DNA of 64,000 bases, taken from positions 10,886,978-10,950,977 of the forward strand of contig NC_083409.1 of NCBI RefSeq assembly GCF_020745735.1. Reading direction: 5' to 3'. Below, piece after piece: positions 1 to 12,837 of the stretch. Below the pieces are notes generated by a model. The model was not told where the DNA came from and did not search any database. It saw only the letters and a list, made by a program, of their open reading frames with translations. This DNA comes from Hemiscyllium ocellatum (Eukaryota). A program made the translations under genes and the position numbers. Numbering within the stretch: the stretch's first letter is position 1; every line of letters starts with the position of its first letter.

Positions 1-815
1 CAATGGATGCTGCACAATGGCTGCACTGACTCTTCCTCTCTGCCTGATCCCTCCCCACACACAGCAGAAGTTGCATTAGGAACCTGTTCTAAAGGGCTAC
101 AACCCACTGCAGCACTCCCAATCTGCAAAGAGAAGAACACTTCTACAAAGAGTTTGCCAAGAACAGATATTCCCGCAACTTCATCCACAGATGCAAACAA
201 CGCGATGAGGGTATGCCACGACCTAACCCACTAGCCACACTACCTTATATAAAAACATCACAGAACTCCAACCACTCATAAACTGCCCAGAAACTGACAG
301 CCACGCTCAGACAACCCACGAGAACAAAAGGCCCATACCCACCGTGTGAAAGACAGATGTAATTTACAAGAATCCATGCAACGTTTGCACGAAACACCTC
401 GGACAAACAGGCAGACAACTAGCCATTCACATCCATGAACACCAACGAGCCACTAAACCCCATGAGCAGCTGTCCCGAGTAGCTATACACACAGATGACA
501 AGGACCACAAATTCGACTGGGCCAACACTATGGTCATAGGACAAGCTCAACAGAGGACAGCCAGAGAATTTCTAGAGGCATGACACTTATCCATGGGCTC
601 CATCAATAAGCACATTGACCTAGACCCAGTATACCGACCACTGCAATGAACATCAGGAACCAATAACTGGAAACAGCAGGAATGGAACCAAATAAGTTCC
701 AGAAGACACAGCACAACAGCACTTCACAGGAAGCTCCAAAGCTCTGAAGATGTCACCGAGACAGGGGACAAAATGTTTACAAATCAACTTCCCAGCTCAG
801 TGGGCATACCCACAC
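1..815 (+). mobile_element. Penelope-like element, 3' part (GIY-YIG endonuclease), degenerate
   Basis: Frameshifted translation ...VIYKNPCNVCTKHLGQTGRQLAIHIHEHQRATK...HKFDWANTMVIGQA...SINKHIDLDPVY, followed by a PLE-type terminus with a decayed hammerhead motif at about 744-778. Confidence 0.85.
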
Positions 816-3144
816 TACAGCAAGGGGTGGGGCGGGGGGGGGGGTTTCCTGTCCTACAGTGCTCTCCAAATCCTTACCTGCCATCTTCATAGTCAGATAT
901 TCATGCCCCTTACTACACATGGAATGGGACTGCCTGGTCCTGAGTCTTATAACATCCTTCTGGGACAAAGTCTCCAGGTATCTCTGCACCTCCCTGATGT
1001 GTCACCAATACTTTCAACTTAGCCTCCAGTCCAAACACCCTGTGTGGGAGTTGTTGTAGATTTATACATTCACTACAGATGTATTTAACCTGAGTCACTT
1101 TAACTCAATAAAGAAATGTTGATCCCATTTACAAATGAAAGATATCCATTCCTCTATTAAACCAGTAATTGTCTTCAGTATCTGAATTAAAGTTTTCGTG
1201 CTTTCCATTTATTGACCCTCCCGAATTGGGGTGTCCCGAAGCAGTACAAGATGACATGAGGATACAGATGGGCTGGGAGGGTCCGATGGGCTGATCAGTA
1301 ACAAGTGGAATTCTTTCAGATAAATGTGAGTCAGTGGACTGAGCTCCCCCTGACCATGTGAGTGAGGTGAGGGCAGAGTGACAGCACTTGACATCAAGGC
1401 CTGAGCAATGCAGCAGTTTTTCACCTGCTATTCCAGGGAAGGGATCAACATCGGGATCCCTCCGAGCAACTCCTGGGAATTCTGTCATCCCAAAGGGACA
1501 CGTCCTCCTCTTCAGTTCCCACAACCAGCAGCAAGTCAGCCACACACTGTGCAAACTGTTTGGGGGAGCTGACCTGAACTCTCACAGTCCTGTGCCACGC
1601 TCTGCTGGAAGATGGAGGGACTATTGGGGAACCCTTGGCACAGGCAGCTCCATCAATATTGTTGGTCTTTAAATGTGAAGGTGAACTTGTCCTGGTCCTT
1701 AGCCTTCCCTGACCCGATATGGACCAGAACATGTTCAAAATGACCAACAGTGTAATGATCCACTGCCAGTCCGACAGCAATGAGCCAATCTGCTCTGAAC
1801 ACTCCCTGAGTGAGCTCACTCCATTATGTTCAGATACACTGCCATTGAGTGCCCAGGGAGCCCACCCTTCCACTCTCTGGTTTTGATAGCCCTCCCATCA
1901 CAGAGACCCCCAGGAACCCCTTCAGTTCATTCTCCACTGGACGGGGCTGGTCTCAGTGGTTTTGATGGATGCATCTGTGGGTGAGATATAATGATATATA
2001 ACTCAATATGTTCCCTATTCCCCACCCACACACGTATGGACACAAGCTCTTCTCCATTCATCAGGCACAGGTATTCAGGATGGGTACTGCCCCTTCAGAG
2101 CACCACCATGGTGGATGGAGGGTTATGGAGTGAAAGGTACCCTCCCCACTCTGGGTTTGGATCTTTCCCATCGACACTCTGAGTTCAGCTCACTCTCAAC
2201 ATGATTCTTCGTTCTTTCTAAACTCCAACATACCTTCCTTCTTTACTCCATTTATTGGGGATGATTTTCTCAGGGCCCTGCATTCCTGCTGAAAGTGCCC
2301 CTTCTGTCCCTAACTGTAGTAATGTCCTCCTGCTCCCGGGACCCCATTGCCCTCTCTATTCTCCCCCTCATGTTCCGTGCCTTGAGGGTGAAGGTTAACA
2401 CTTCACACACCCTTTCCCTGAGGCTTCAGCTCGGGCCATTTGCAAAGCACGCACCAGACAGAGACTGAATCTTCTTCATCTTTATTCCCTTTTCCAGATT
2501 GACATTGACAGAAAACAGAATACAATTAACAGCCCAGACAGAGGAAGCTGCACAAATTCACAGCCACAATGGAGTTTGAGGAAAACACTTGTGGAGATTT
2601 TCTCAATAACCTGAGAATCCTGTCCCTTTAAACAGTGACTAAACCTTAAATTGGAGCTGGTGGCTGAGCAGGATGAAGATCTGGTTTACTGAAGCAGAGA
2701 CTTCTGAGGTTCACATTGTTTTTATACAGCTCACAGTTTTCAATCTTTGAAAGGTTATGCTTGTTATTACAACTCAACACTGTCCCCAACAAACAGTCTC
2801 CTGGACAGGGACAGAATAGGGTCAGATACAGAGTAAAGCTCTTTCCGTACTGTTCCCACCAAAGACACCCAGGACAGGGACAGGATAAGAAACAGAATAA
2901 AGCTGTCTCCACACTGTCGTCGTCAAACACTCCCAGGACAGGGACAGCACTGGTTGGGTACAGAGTGAAGCTCTCTCTACAGTGTCACAGTAACCTGCCT
3001 TAACCCCTGAACCTCAGAGTCTCCCAGAGGCCAGTCTCAAGAAGGAAGAGAGTTGAAATTCAGTGCTGACAATGACCTTTGTCCTGCCAGCTCAGCCCTG
3101 TTCTATTTAAAGTTGTGTCTCCTCTGCGGACTGTCTCAAACACA

Positions 3145-3231
3145 CTACACACATTCTGATCTCCTGGTGCTCTTGCTTAGGGGAGAGGGGAGCGTCACGT
3201 GGGTGAGGGCACAGGAGAAGTGAGCGTTGGA
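3145..3231 (-). pseudogene. Truncated Ig kappa-like C exon (last 28 codons only)
   Basis: Reads SNAHFSCALTHVTLPSPLSKSTRRSECV*, followed by a 3'UTR homologous to 15520-16084. The 5' two-thirds of the exon and the splice acceptor are missing, and the upstream sequence joins directly to the homolog of 16482 onward. Confidence 0.9.
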
Positions 3232-3736
3232 CCACAGAAGTATCAGTTTGAATATTTGTATCGGATACCTAACAAACCTGATGTTTTTTAAATTCCTTTT
3301 TGATTGTGGACATTGAAGTCCCCCACCCAGAGTACAGTCTATGCCTTCACTACCCTCAGAGCTTCCTCCAAGTGCTGTTCAACATGGAGGAGAGACTGAC
3401 TCATCAGCCAAGGGTGGACAGTACATGGTCATCAGCCAGAGGTTTCACAGAATCAGAGAATCATACAGTGTAGAAGAGGTCCCTCATCTGATCATGTCTG
3501 TCCCACCAAGGCAAAACTAAATCTACTCTCCATCAGCTTTTCAGAACTGGGTCCAAAGCATTGAATATTCGGATATTTCAGGTGCCCATCCAGGTATTTT
3601 TTAAAAGGTACATTTGTTAAATATTGACCAGGACACCATGGGGATCTGCTCTGCTCTTCTAATAGTGGCATGGCATCTTCTACTGCCCCCTGAGAGGGCA
3701 GACATCAGAACATCCCATCTGAAAGATAGTCTTTGA

Positions 3737-4078
3737 GCACTGAACCTCTGACAGTGTTGCGCTCCCTCAGTATTGACACACCAGCAGTGCAGCACTCCCT
3801 CAGCATGAAATATCTGATAGTGCAGCACTCTCACGGTACTGACTTTCTGACAGTGCGGAATTCCCTCAGTACGAACCCTCTGACAGTGTGGCACTGTCTC
3901 ATTACTGACCTTCTGACAGTGCAGCACTCCCTCAGTACTGACCCATCATTAGGGCAACATTCCCTCAGTACTGACCCTCCAATAGTGTGGCACTCCCTCA
4001 GTACTGTCCTTCTTGCGTGCTGCATTCCCTCAGTACTGACCCTCTGACATTGCTGCACTCCCTCAGCGCTGCACTGCA
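3737..4078. repeat. 33-bp minisatellite, about 10 degenerate units
   Basis: Unit consensus cagtgcagcactccctcagtactgaccctctga in head-to-tail order, with no spacers. Confidence 0.9.
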
Positions 4079-6654
4079 CTCTCGGCCTTGATAATTTGCT
4101 TCAGTGATAGAATCACGTAATGATGGAATCTGTACAATGTTGAAGCAGGCCATTCACGCCAATGAGTTCATACCAATCCTCCGAAGAGCATCCCACCCAG
4201 ATCTAAACCACTGCACTATCCCTGCAACCTGCATTTCCCAATGGCTCATCCACCCAGTCTGCGACATTGTGAGTGTGAGGGGAGAGTGCTCCCCACTGAG
4301 ACCAGGTTGATACCTCCCAGTCCAATGGCCTGCCTTGCTTCCCCATCCCAGCCCACACTTGGAGGAATGAGACCACCTGGGGAGGCTGGAGATGTTTCCC
4401 AGCCAGAGATAGTGCCTTCAGGAGAGAGATGGTGAACAGATGATAGGGGCAGGGGGCAGTGGGGTCTGTTGTCTTGAGGTGGGTTGTAGGACACATTGAA
4501 GCAGGCGATGGCTGGTGCTGAACCCTTTCCCCAGAAAGAGTTTGTAAATTGATGGGTGAAAGTAGCGGGGGGGCGGGCACTCGAGTAATCTTTTGTTGCT
4601 GCTCAGTCATGTCTGAGAGACACACAGACACATCAGACACACAGGAGGCAGCTTTCTGTGGATGTTCTCCTGGGGCAGGTCTCGTCAATCACGGAGCTAT
4701 GGTCAGTAACAGTGTAAGCTGTGCGGCCCTGAAAGCCTGAGTCTGCAACTCAGCTCGGAAGGACGTCAGCTCATTCATCAAAACTGGTTCTGTCCCTCTG
4801 CAGCCTAGCCGGTCTGCCTGTGCCTTTTCACCACTCCCAGGTTTTCCCTTGTGTTACAGCTCATTCTCCTGAGGGACAGCTGTACTAAGGCCCAGTGGAG
4901 TGGACTCAATGGGCCGAATGGCCTTACTTCCACTCCAAGTCTCATGATCTTGTCACTCTGTCAGATCCTCTGCAAGAAACTCATGGCTAACCATCGCCCT
5001 CTCCAGGATAGTTAGGGAAGGACAATAAATAGCAGACACATCAATGCTCTCCCCATTCCAGGAGGAATCAACATAACTGATGGACAATTCAAACAATCAA
5101 ACTGATGGAAGGTGGTTACCTCAGTCCAGTGATTAAACTTCACCTGGTAATTCCTGTATTAAGTTCAAGGTGAAACTATCCTGGTCTCTGCTGAATTTAG
5201 ATCAATTTTCATTGTTAACTTAATACATTTCCATCTTCATTCATTCTCTCCAAACTGATCCTAATTTGAATGTTGCGAAAAACAAAACATTTTGTTGAAG
5301 TTTTTTGTCTTGTACGCATCAGGAGAATTTACAAGAAATGCCACAGCAAAGGAAAACAATATTTAAACTGGCGTGTTCATAGTGACAACATCTCAACCTA
5401 TAAGCTCTTTCCTCATATGCAATATCAATGCCATGTTTTTCTCCTTTGATTGGTACTTTTACAATTATCCTGATGAGTGTAAAATGAAAAGCTGCCAAAC
5501 ACCGGGCATTTTTCAGGCCAGTTCAATATTCTCAAATGACTATTTGATCCTAATTTGCTCTTTTGCTTCAGACCTGTTCAAATTCCAAAAAGTAATTCTG
5601 TCCCATTTTGAATGGAGGACCCAGTTTACCAGAACTTACTAAATTCCAATCTCTGCATCAAAATATTTTTCCTGATCTCCTTCCTGTACCTGGTGAATGA
5701 CCAGAGAATGTGTCATTTTGCCTTTCTATTTGTCAGTATTGACAGTAATTCTACATTTACTAAGTCGATTTCATAAAGAAGTTTTGTTATCAGAATACCA
5801 TCCCTCCCCCCCTCGAGATCCTATTCTGGTGTTTCCCTGTAACCTGGATCCCCTGTCCCTGGACCATTCTGCAATGCCCCTCAATGAAGCTCCTAACTGT
5901 ACACCATATCCCAGATGTGACCTAACCATTCTTCAGTACAGCTGTCCTGGCCACACTCTCCTTACTCTCAATATTCATTCCAAAATCCCACTGGCTTCAC
6001 CCATTTCTTTTTTCTGATTTTTCTTTCCCAGTTTTAAGTATGTATGTTGCTCAACATCTTTTCTTGCCCACTGCTGTACAATATGAGCTGCACTTCATCC
6101 TTTAACGTTCTGAGTCATTACAACCAGGAAAGCTGTCAACAGAAAAATTCAATTAATCCCATTGCCCTGCTCTATCCCAACAGCTTCAATGTATTTATGG
6201 TGCATTCAATGACATCTGACACTTGTCTGTCTTACCCTCTTACACCCACTAATGGCTTTCTCTTGAGTTCTTCCTGACAAATTGCTGTTTATTGCAGTTT
6301 GGTGACACACTTTGGTAGCCGTTTGTTCGGTCTTTGAGTGTAACTCATTTTGTGCCTGATCCGTAGGGGACTCCACCTTGCAATTTAAAAATGCAGGCTC
6401 ACCCATATCATGGCCGATACTCCAGTCTTTCAAAGCAATGAGTTCAAGCCTCACCAGTTTAATCATTTATTTTCATTTCTCCTGGGACAGGGCAAGCTTT
6501 GATTTGTCTGCTATTTGTTGTCCTTCCCTAATTGTCCTGGAGAGGGCAGTGGTGAGCAATGTCAAATCTGGAACATAAAACATTACAGCGCAGTACAGGC
6601 CCTTTAACCCTCTGTGTTGCACCGACCTGGGGAACTATTCTCTTCTTCCGCCTG

Positions 6655-7008
6655 GGAACCCTCCAACCACAAGGGATGAACTCAGATTTCTCCAGTTTCC
6701 TCATTTCCCCTCCCCCCACCTTGTCTCAGTCGATTCCCTCGAACTCAGCACCACCCTCCTAACCTGCAATCTTCTTCCTGACCTCTCCGTCCCCACCCCA
6801 CTCCGGCCTATCACCCTCACCTTGACCTCCTTCCACCTATCACATCTCCATCGCCCGTCCCCCAAGTCCCTCCTCCCTACCTTTTATCTTAGCCTGCCTG
6901 GCACACTCTCCTCATTCCTGATGAAGGGCTCTGGCCCGAAACGTCGAATTTCCTGTTCCTTGGATGCTGCCTAGCCTGCTGTGCTTTAACCAGCAACACA
7001 TTTTCAGA
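6655..7008 (+). mobile_element. PLE terminal fragment inserted in a CR1 3' end
   Basis: Typical terminus ...cctgatgaagggctctggcccgaaacgtcgaatttcctgttccttggatgctgcc..., flanked on both sides by minus-strand CR1 3' sequence. Confidence 0.75.
6914..6949 (+). ncRNA. Minimal type I hammerhead ribozyme motif (complete core)
   Basis: AUUC-CUGAUGA-A-GGGC(UCUG)GCCC-GAA-ACGU-C-GAAU. Stem I is AUUC/GAAU, stem II is GGGC/GCCC, stem III is the palindrome ACGU, and the cleavage triplet is GUC. Confidence 0.75.
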
Positions 7009-9230
7009 ACTATTCTGAAGCCCATCTATCCTACACTATTCCATTTTCATCCATATGTTTATCCCGTGACCATTTAATTGCCTTTAGTGTTGGCGAGTCT
7101 GCTACTGTTGCAGGCTGTGCATTCCATGCCCCTACGAGTCTCTGAGTAAAGAAACTACTTCTGACATCTCTCCTATATCTATCACCCCTCAATTTAAACC
7201 TATGTCCTCTCAGCATCTGAGGAAAAAGGCTCTCACTGTCCACCCTATCTAACCTTGTGATTATCTTAGTATATCACAATTAAGACAACTCTCAACCTTC
7301 TTCTCTCTGACAAAAACAGCCACAAGTCCCCCATCCTTTCCTCATAACGCCTTCCCTCCATGCCAGGCAACATCCTAGTATATTTCCTCTGAATTCTTAA
7401 ATTCCCACATCCTTTTTTTAATGCGGTGACCACAACTGAATGAAATACTCCAATTGTGGCCACACCAGAGTTTTGTACAGCTGCAACATGATCTCATGGC
7501 TCCTAAATCCAATCTCTCTACCAATAAAAGTTAACCCACCATAAGCCTTCTTAACCACCCTATCAAACTGGATAGCAACTTTCAAGGATCTGTGTACATG
7601 GACACCGAGATCTCTCTGCTCATCTACACTACTAAGCACCATACCATTAGCCCAGTGCTCTTTATTCCTATTGCTACTTCCAAAGTGAATCACCTCACAT
7701 TTTTCTGCATTAAACTCTGCATTTCCAACCTCTCAGCCCAGCTCTGCAGCTTATCCCTGTCTCTGTGTAACCTGCAATATCCTTCAGCACTATCCACAAC
7801 TCCACAAACCTCAGTGTCATCCGCAAATTTATTCACCCATCCTTCTGTTCCGTAATTCAGTTCGCTTATAAAAATGGCAAACAGCAGTGGCCCCAAAAGA
7901 GATGCTTGCGTTACACCGCTAGTAAATTAACACCAGGATGAACATTATCCATCAATAACCATGCTCTGTCTTCTTTCAGCTAGCCAACTTCTGATTAAAC
8001 CGCTAAATCACCCTCAATCCCATGCCTCCGTATTTTGTGCAATAGTCTATCGTGGGGAACTTTATCCAATGCCTTACTGAAGAGCATATACACCACATCA
8101 ACTGCTTTACCCTCATGCACCTGTTTGGTCACCTTCTCAAAGAACTCAGTAAGGTTTGTGAGGCCCGATCTACCGTGTTGACTATCCCTAATCAATTTAT
8201 TCCTTTCTAGATTATTATAAATCCTATCTCTACTAACCTTTTCCAACATTTTACCCACAACCGAAGTAAGGCTCACTGGTCTATAATTACCAGGGTTGTC
8301 TCTACTCCACTTCTTAAACAAGGAGACAACATTTGCTGTCCGCCAGTCTTCTGGCACTATTCCTATAGACAATGACACATAAAGATCAAAGGTAAAGTCT
8401 CTGTAATCTCCTGGCTTCCCAGAGAATTCCAGGATAAATCCCATCCAGCCCATGGGACTTACCTATTTTCACACTTTCCAGAATTGCTAACACCTTCTCC
8501 TTGTGAATGTCAATCCTGTCAGTCTAGTAACCTGTATCCCAGTATTCTCCTTGATAACGTTGTCGTTTTCCAGTGCGAGGAAAAATATTCATTAGCACTT
8601 CCCCATCTCTTTGCACTCCACGTACAACTTTCTACTACTCTCTTTGATTGGCCCTAATCTTTCTCCAGTCATTCTTTTATTCCTGATATACCTATACAAA
8701 GCTTTCGCATTATCCTTAATCCTATCCACCAACAACATCTCATGTCCCCTCCTGGCTGTTCCTAGCTCTCACTTTTGGTCTTTCTTGGCTAACTTGTAAC
8801 TCTCAAGCACCCTAACTGAGCCTTCAGGTCTCATCCTAACATAGCCTCCTTCTTCCTCTTGACAAAAGATTCAACTCCTTTCGTAAACCACAGCTCCCTC
8901 GCTCGGCCACTTGCTTCCTGCCTGACAGGTGCATACTTATCAAAGACATGCAGTTGCTGTTCCTTGAATAAGCTCCACATTTCAGTTGTGCCCATCGCCT
9001 GCAGTTTCCTTCCCCCACCCTATTCATCCTAAATCTTGGCTAATCACATCATAGTAGCCTTTCCTCCACCAATAACCTTTGCCCTGCAGTATATATCTAT
9101 CTCTTTCTATTGGTCTGGTAAACAAACCAAATTGTGGTCACTATCATCAAAGTGCTCACCTACCTCCAAATCTAAGAGCTGGCCAGTTTCATTAACCAGC
9201 ACCAAACCCAACGTGGCCTTCCCATTCTGG
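7009..9230 (-). mobile_element. CR1-clade LINE (HER1-like) ORF2 RT region, degenerate
   Basis: ORFs IVPEDWRTANVVSLFKKWSRDNPGNYRPVSLTSVVGKMLE, GPLLFAIFISEL...KFADDT and EQRDLGVHVHRSLKVA, with multiple stops and frameshifts. Confidence 0.92.
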
Positions 9231-9569
9231 GAAGGAAGGTGCTGGGATGGGTACAATCAAAAACCATGAAACTCAATGTCATGTTCACAAATTTTCTTTA
9301 GGCAAGGGATCCCAGTCATCACCCGGTCTGTGACTCCAATCCCACAGTGACATGATTAATTCTTAATGGCCCCATGAATTCCCTCAGCAAAGAACTCAGT
9401 CCGAGCAGCTGGAGATCGCAATAAATATGAGGCTTGTCAATGATATTAATGCCCTGAGAAGGAATAATGCAGCTCTTTGCTGTCTGTCTTTTAGCCTCGG
9501 GTCCACCACACTCTCGCTGTTATGGTTCTCTAATCCTCTCACATTAATTCATTAGTTGATGGCAATATG

Positions 9570-9800
9570 TGGGTGGCACGGTGGTACAGTATTCAATTCC
9601 CACCTCAGGCTATTCCCTGTGTGGAGTTTGCACATTCTCCCCGTGTCTGCGTGGGTTTCCTCCGGGTGCTCTGGTTTCCTCCCAACAATCCAAAAATGTG
9701 CAGGTTAGGTGAATTGGCCATGCTAAATTGCCTATAGTGTTAGGCGTGGATTTGTTGGGCTGAAGGGCCTGTTTCCACACTGTAAGTAATCTAAAAAAAA
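9570..9800 (+). mobile_element. HE1-type tRNA-derived SINE
   Basis: gggtggcacggtgg head, core gtttgcacattctccccgtgtctgcgtgggtttcctccggg, and tail cctgtttccacactgtaagtaatctaa(A)n. Confidence 0.85.
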
Positions 9801-10181
9801 ATGCGTTATGCTTTTACTTTGAACTTTCAGGTCTCTTTTCCCATGCCTCTCTCCTCCCACCTCCTTCCAAGCCTTTCACCAGATGTTTCCCGTGACAGCC
9901 TTGCTGTGCACAGTGAAAGCTCTCTGTGTTCTCTGAGGCCTCGCTCTGTCTTGTGTCTGTCTACTCTCCAATTTTCATTTACTCAGGAAGGTAAGGGTTA
10001 CAGAATTAAGTGGGAATATGTTCCAGGTCAGCCATGGCCTGACTGACTGACTGGGGAACAAGGCCGAAACAACTGATAATTCATTCCCACTGGAATCCAC
10101 CGGAATGGCTGCTGTTTCGTTCAGATGCTCAATGCCCGGGACTTGACACGTGGTTCTCGGTAGCAGTACCGGCACTCTATA

Positions 10182-10196
10182 GCCACTAGAGGGCAG
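10182..10196 (+). promoter_or_regulatory. CTCF-binding-motif match
   Basis: GCCACTAGAGGGCAG closely matches the CTCF core consensus CC[AG]C[CT]AG[AG][GT]GGC, with an overlapping CAGCTG E-box. Confidence 0.55.
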
Positions 10197-10952
10197 CTGT
10201 TTCACTGACCCCGGACAGAACAAATGAACTGGGGCCCTGCTCGGGTCTAACCGGTTCAATCTGGAGAAATGAGGAGACAGAGAGGGGGCGGGGAAAGCTT
10301 CTGAACCAGGATATTTATCCCACCCCAAGGAAATATCCTCTGTGATTTGTTTGTCTTCAAAGTGTGTTTTTTATTCATTCTCTGATACACATAGACAATG
10401 TCAGTACTGAGTGGGACAAAGTATATTTCCTCCTCCAACCCCTTTCCAACACACCCTCCCCATCTTGCTATACTCCTTATTGCCTCTTCTACAATTGTCC
10501 CTGTTCCCTCACTCTGTCCCGGTCCCAGAGGGATTGATGGCCGGAGTTCATGATCCCACACTGTGTGAAGGTTGGTGTGAAGTGAGGCCAGTGTGTTGGA
10601 GCTTGGGCTCCTGCCTCAGGCCCAGGTGTAGGGGCCTGTTCAATAATGTGCCCAATGTTTTGGTTTTTCTTTCTGATCACAGACATTTTAATATTGCTTA
10701 ACAAACTAATGGTGGAAATATGTCAGTGCCGGGATCATTTAACATCTTGGTCCTAGTTGTTAATGGACCCTCACGCGTGATAATACAGTTTTCAATGTTT
10801 CTCTCCCCTTACGTGTTACGAAGAGCTTTGTAAACATGTTTTGATGAGGACAGTGCGTCTTCAACACGACGTGACGGAGTGGGTGGGTGTATGAATTCTC
10901 ATCCCACTACGTCCAGCTTTCAAGGAAAATTACCTCCACTGACCCATTTCTT

Positions 10953-10979
10953 TGGCCGCCATTTGCAGCAAATGCAAAT
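10953..10979 (-). promoter_or_regulatory. YY1-like motif next to a perfect octamer (ATTTGCAT on the minus strand)
   Basis: Plus-strand sequence ggccgccatttgcagcaaatgcaaat: GCCGCCATTT (YY1-like) and ATGCAAAT at 10972-10979. Confidence 0.35.
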
Positions 10980-12084
10980 CTCTCCCTTTGCCAGCACAAA
11001 GAGAAGGTGTCTGTCAGATTCCCTCGTGTGTGATGGATTAGCCCAATAGGAGCAGCACTGGTAGATCATGCTGTATCAGCCTGGACAGAAACCTGGGCAA
11101 CCTCCAAATGAAAGGATGACCTTCAGTAGATCTGCTGCCACACAAAATATGAAATTGGATTCATTGTTACAAATTACCTCATCAAAGCCAAATACAACTG
11201 AGAAAACATAAACCAAACCAATTTCCCAAGGTCATTCATCAGAACATAACAAGAAATTGCTTAACAGACAGTTACTGTCTCCTTTCTCTGGAGAGTGTCA
11301 CTGTAACTGTCCCCTCTCTCTCAGAGGAGTGTAGTTGTTCCTCTCCCCTCCCTCTTTGGGGCCATGCCATTTTGAGCATCCTTTCTGTCTGAGGATGTGA
11401 CTGTTCCTGTCCCCCAACTCTCTCAGCGTCAGGGAGGGGTTTGACAGCACCTGGTTTGTTAATTCCATTTACTTTCTTGTGAAATGGGTAATCCCTGCTT
11501 CACTATACTGGCCCGTGTGTCAATACCCGGTACAGCTCACCCTCCATCTCAATCAGATCACAGGGTCTAAGGTTGGTCAGTACTGTCTGGCCCCAGAACA
11601 ATAACACTGACTGACTGGAGACAACCCAGATCAAGTCCCAATAAGAGTGTTATTGACCTTCACACTCAAAGCCCACCGAGAAGGTGGTCATCAGTCTCAA
11701 ATGTTGTCGCAGTGTAATGTTTCCCAGAGAAGTAGGAGTCAGTCTAGATTTTAAACAAGGGAGGGATGTTGTGAGGAGACAGATGGGAAGGCATGGAGAG
11801 GAAACAAAAAGGAGAGAGAATTGTATTTCTGTTACACCATTCATGAGCTCATGATGTTCAATGTTGTTTACAGTCAATGGAATACTTCTGATGTGGAGAC
11901 AATGTTGTAATGTGGGGAATGCATCAGCCCATTTACTCTCAGCAGGCTCCCACAATAACAGCGAGCTATTGACCAGGACATTGGGGCTAGGACACGGAGT
12001 AGAGAATGGAAGAGGCTGGAAAGTAAAACCCAAGCACTCAGTGAGGCCTGAGTATTGGCTGGGTAGGAGGGAGATGGCAAAGCA

Positions 12085-12420
12085 AAGGGGCTTCTTAAAA
12101 TTCATTCATGAGATGTGGGCATCACTGGTTTTGCTGGCATTTTATACCCATCGCTAGCTGCCCTGTGAAGGTGGTGGTGCACTGCCTTCTTGAACTGCTG
12201 CAGTCCATGTACTGTAGAAAGACCCACAATGCTCTTTGGGAGGGAATTCCAGATTTTTTTCCCAGTGACAGTGAAGGAATAATGATATATTTCCAAGTTA
12301 GGGTGGTGAGTGACCGGAAGGGGATGTTTCAGGGTGTGGTGTCCTTATAGTCTGTTGCCCCTATCCTTTGAGATGGAACTGTTGATGGGTTTGGAAGGTG
12401 CTATCTCAAGGAAGCTTGGT
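12085..12420 (-). mobile_element. L2/CR1-type LINE ORF2 C-terminus fragment
   Basis: FTVTGKKIWNSLPKSIVGLSTVHGLQQFKKAVHHHL. Related fragments occur at about 17945-18430, 23990-24430 and 31810-32060. Confidence 0.65.
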
Positions 12421-12837
12421 GAGCTGGTGGTGATGGTACAGCTGGCTGAAAATAATCACCTCTCCACAGCCAGTGGTCACTCCCTTTCCTTTTATATCAG
12501 TGAAACCTGTCAATAAATGACTTCTAGTCAGTAATTGCAACAATAACAATTTGTATTGACATAACATCTTTAATGTAGGAACCATCCAAAAGTCGGGCAC
12601 ATACAGTGTTTTTGCTGATGACCAGAAGAAGACAAGGAGCTCGTTTGAAGAAGTGAGAGGGGTTTGTGGAGGAAATCCCCGTGCTGAGGGCCTGGGACAC
12701 TGAAGGCACAGCTGCCAGTGATGAGGTGGAAGGCCAGATTGGAGAGTTTGGGAGATGGGGGAGGGATTGAGGATAACCGAGTGGTCCATTATATCACCTC
12801 TCCACCTTCTGCAGCAGGAGACTGGGGAGAGGAATTG

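Larger units (their letters stand above)
2444..11610. repeat. Segmental duplication unit 1 (pseudo-C copy)
   Basis: Colinear blocks: 2444-3231~15524-16173, 3233-3560~16482-16760, 6290-6580~18620-18945, 10075-10690~18960-19690, 10690-10900~21040-21260, 11260-11610~21280-21590. Each copy carries different TE insertions. Confidence 0.85.

Noticed and set aside
1190-1974. Minus-strand terminal exon (DASIKTTETSPVQWRMN*, AATAAA at 1208-1213)
   Set aside because: Only a moderate acceptor and a short peptide, with no homology recognised and no supporting upstream exon.
3737-4078. 33-bp repeats as a CRISPR array
   Set aside because: Head-to-tail degenerate units with no unique spacers, no cas genes, and a vertebrate context.
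4203-4688. 161-aa minus-strand ORF and similar long track ORFs in repeats
   Set aside because: No recognisable domain. Most long ORFs in the track are TE frames or antisense shadows of CR1, Tx1 or minisatellite sequence.
9570-9640. tRNA genes at SINE heads
   Set aside because: These are tRNA-derived HE1 SINE 5' regions without a complete cloverleaf.
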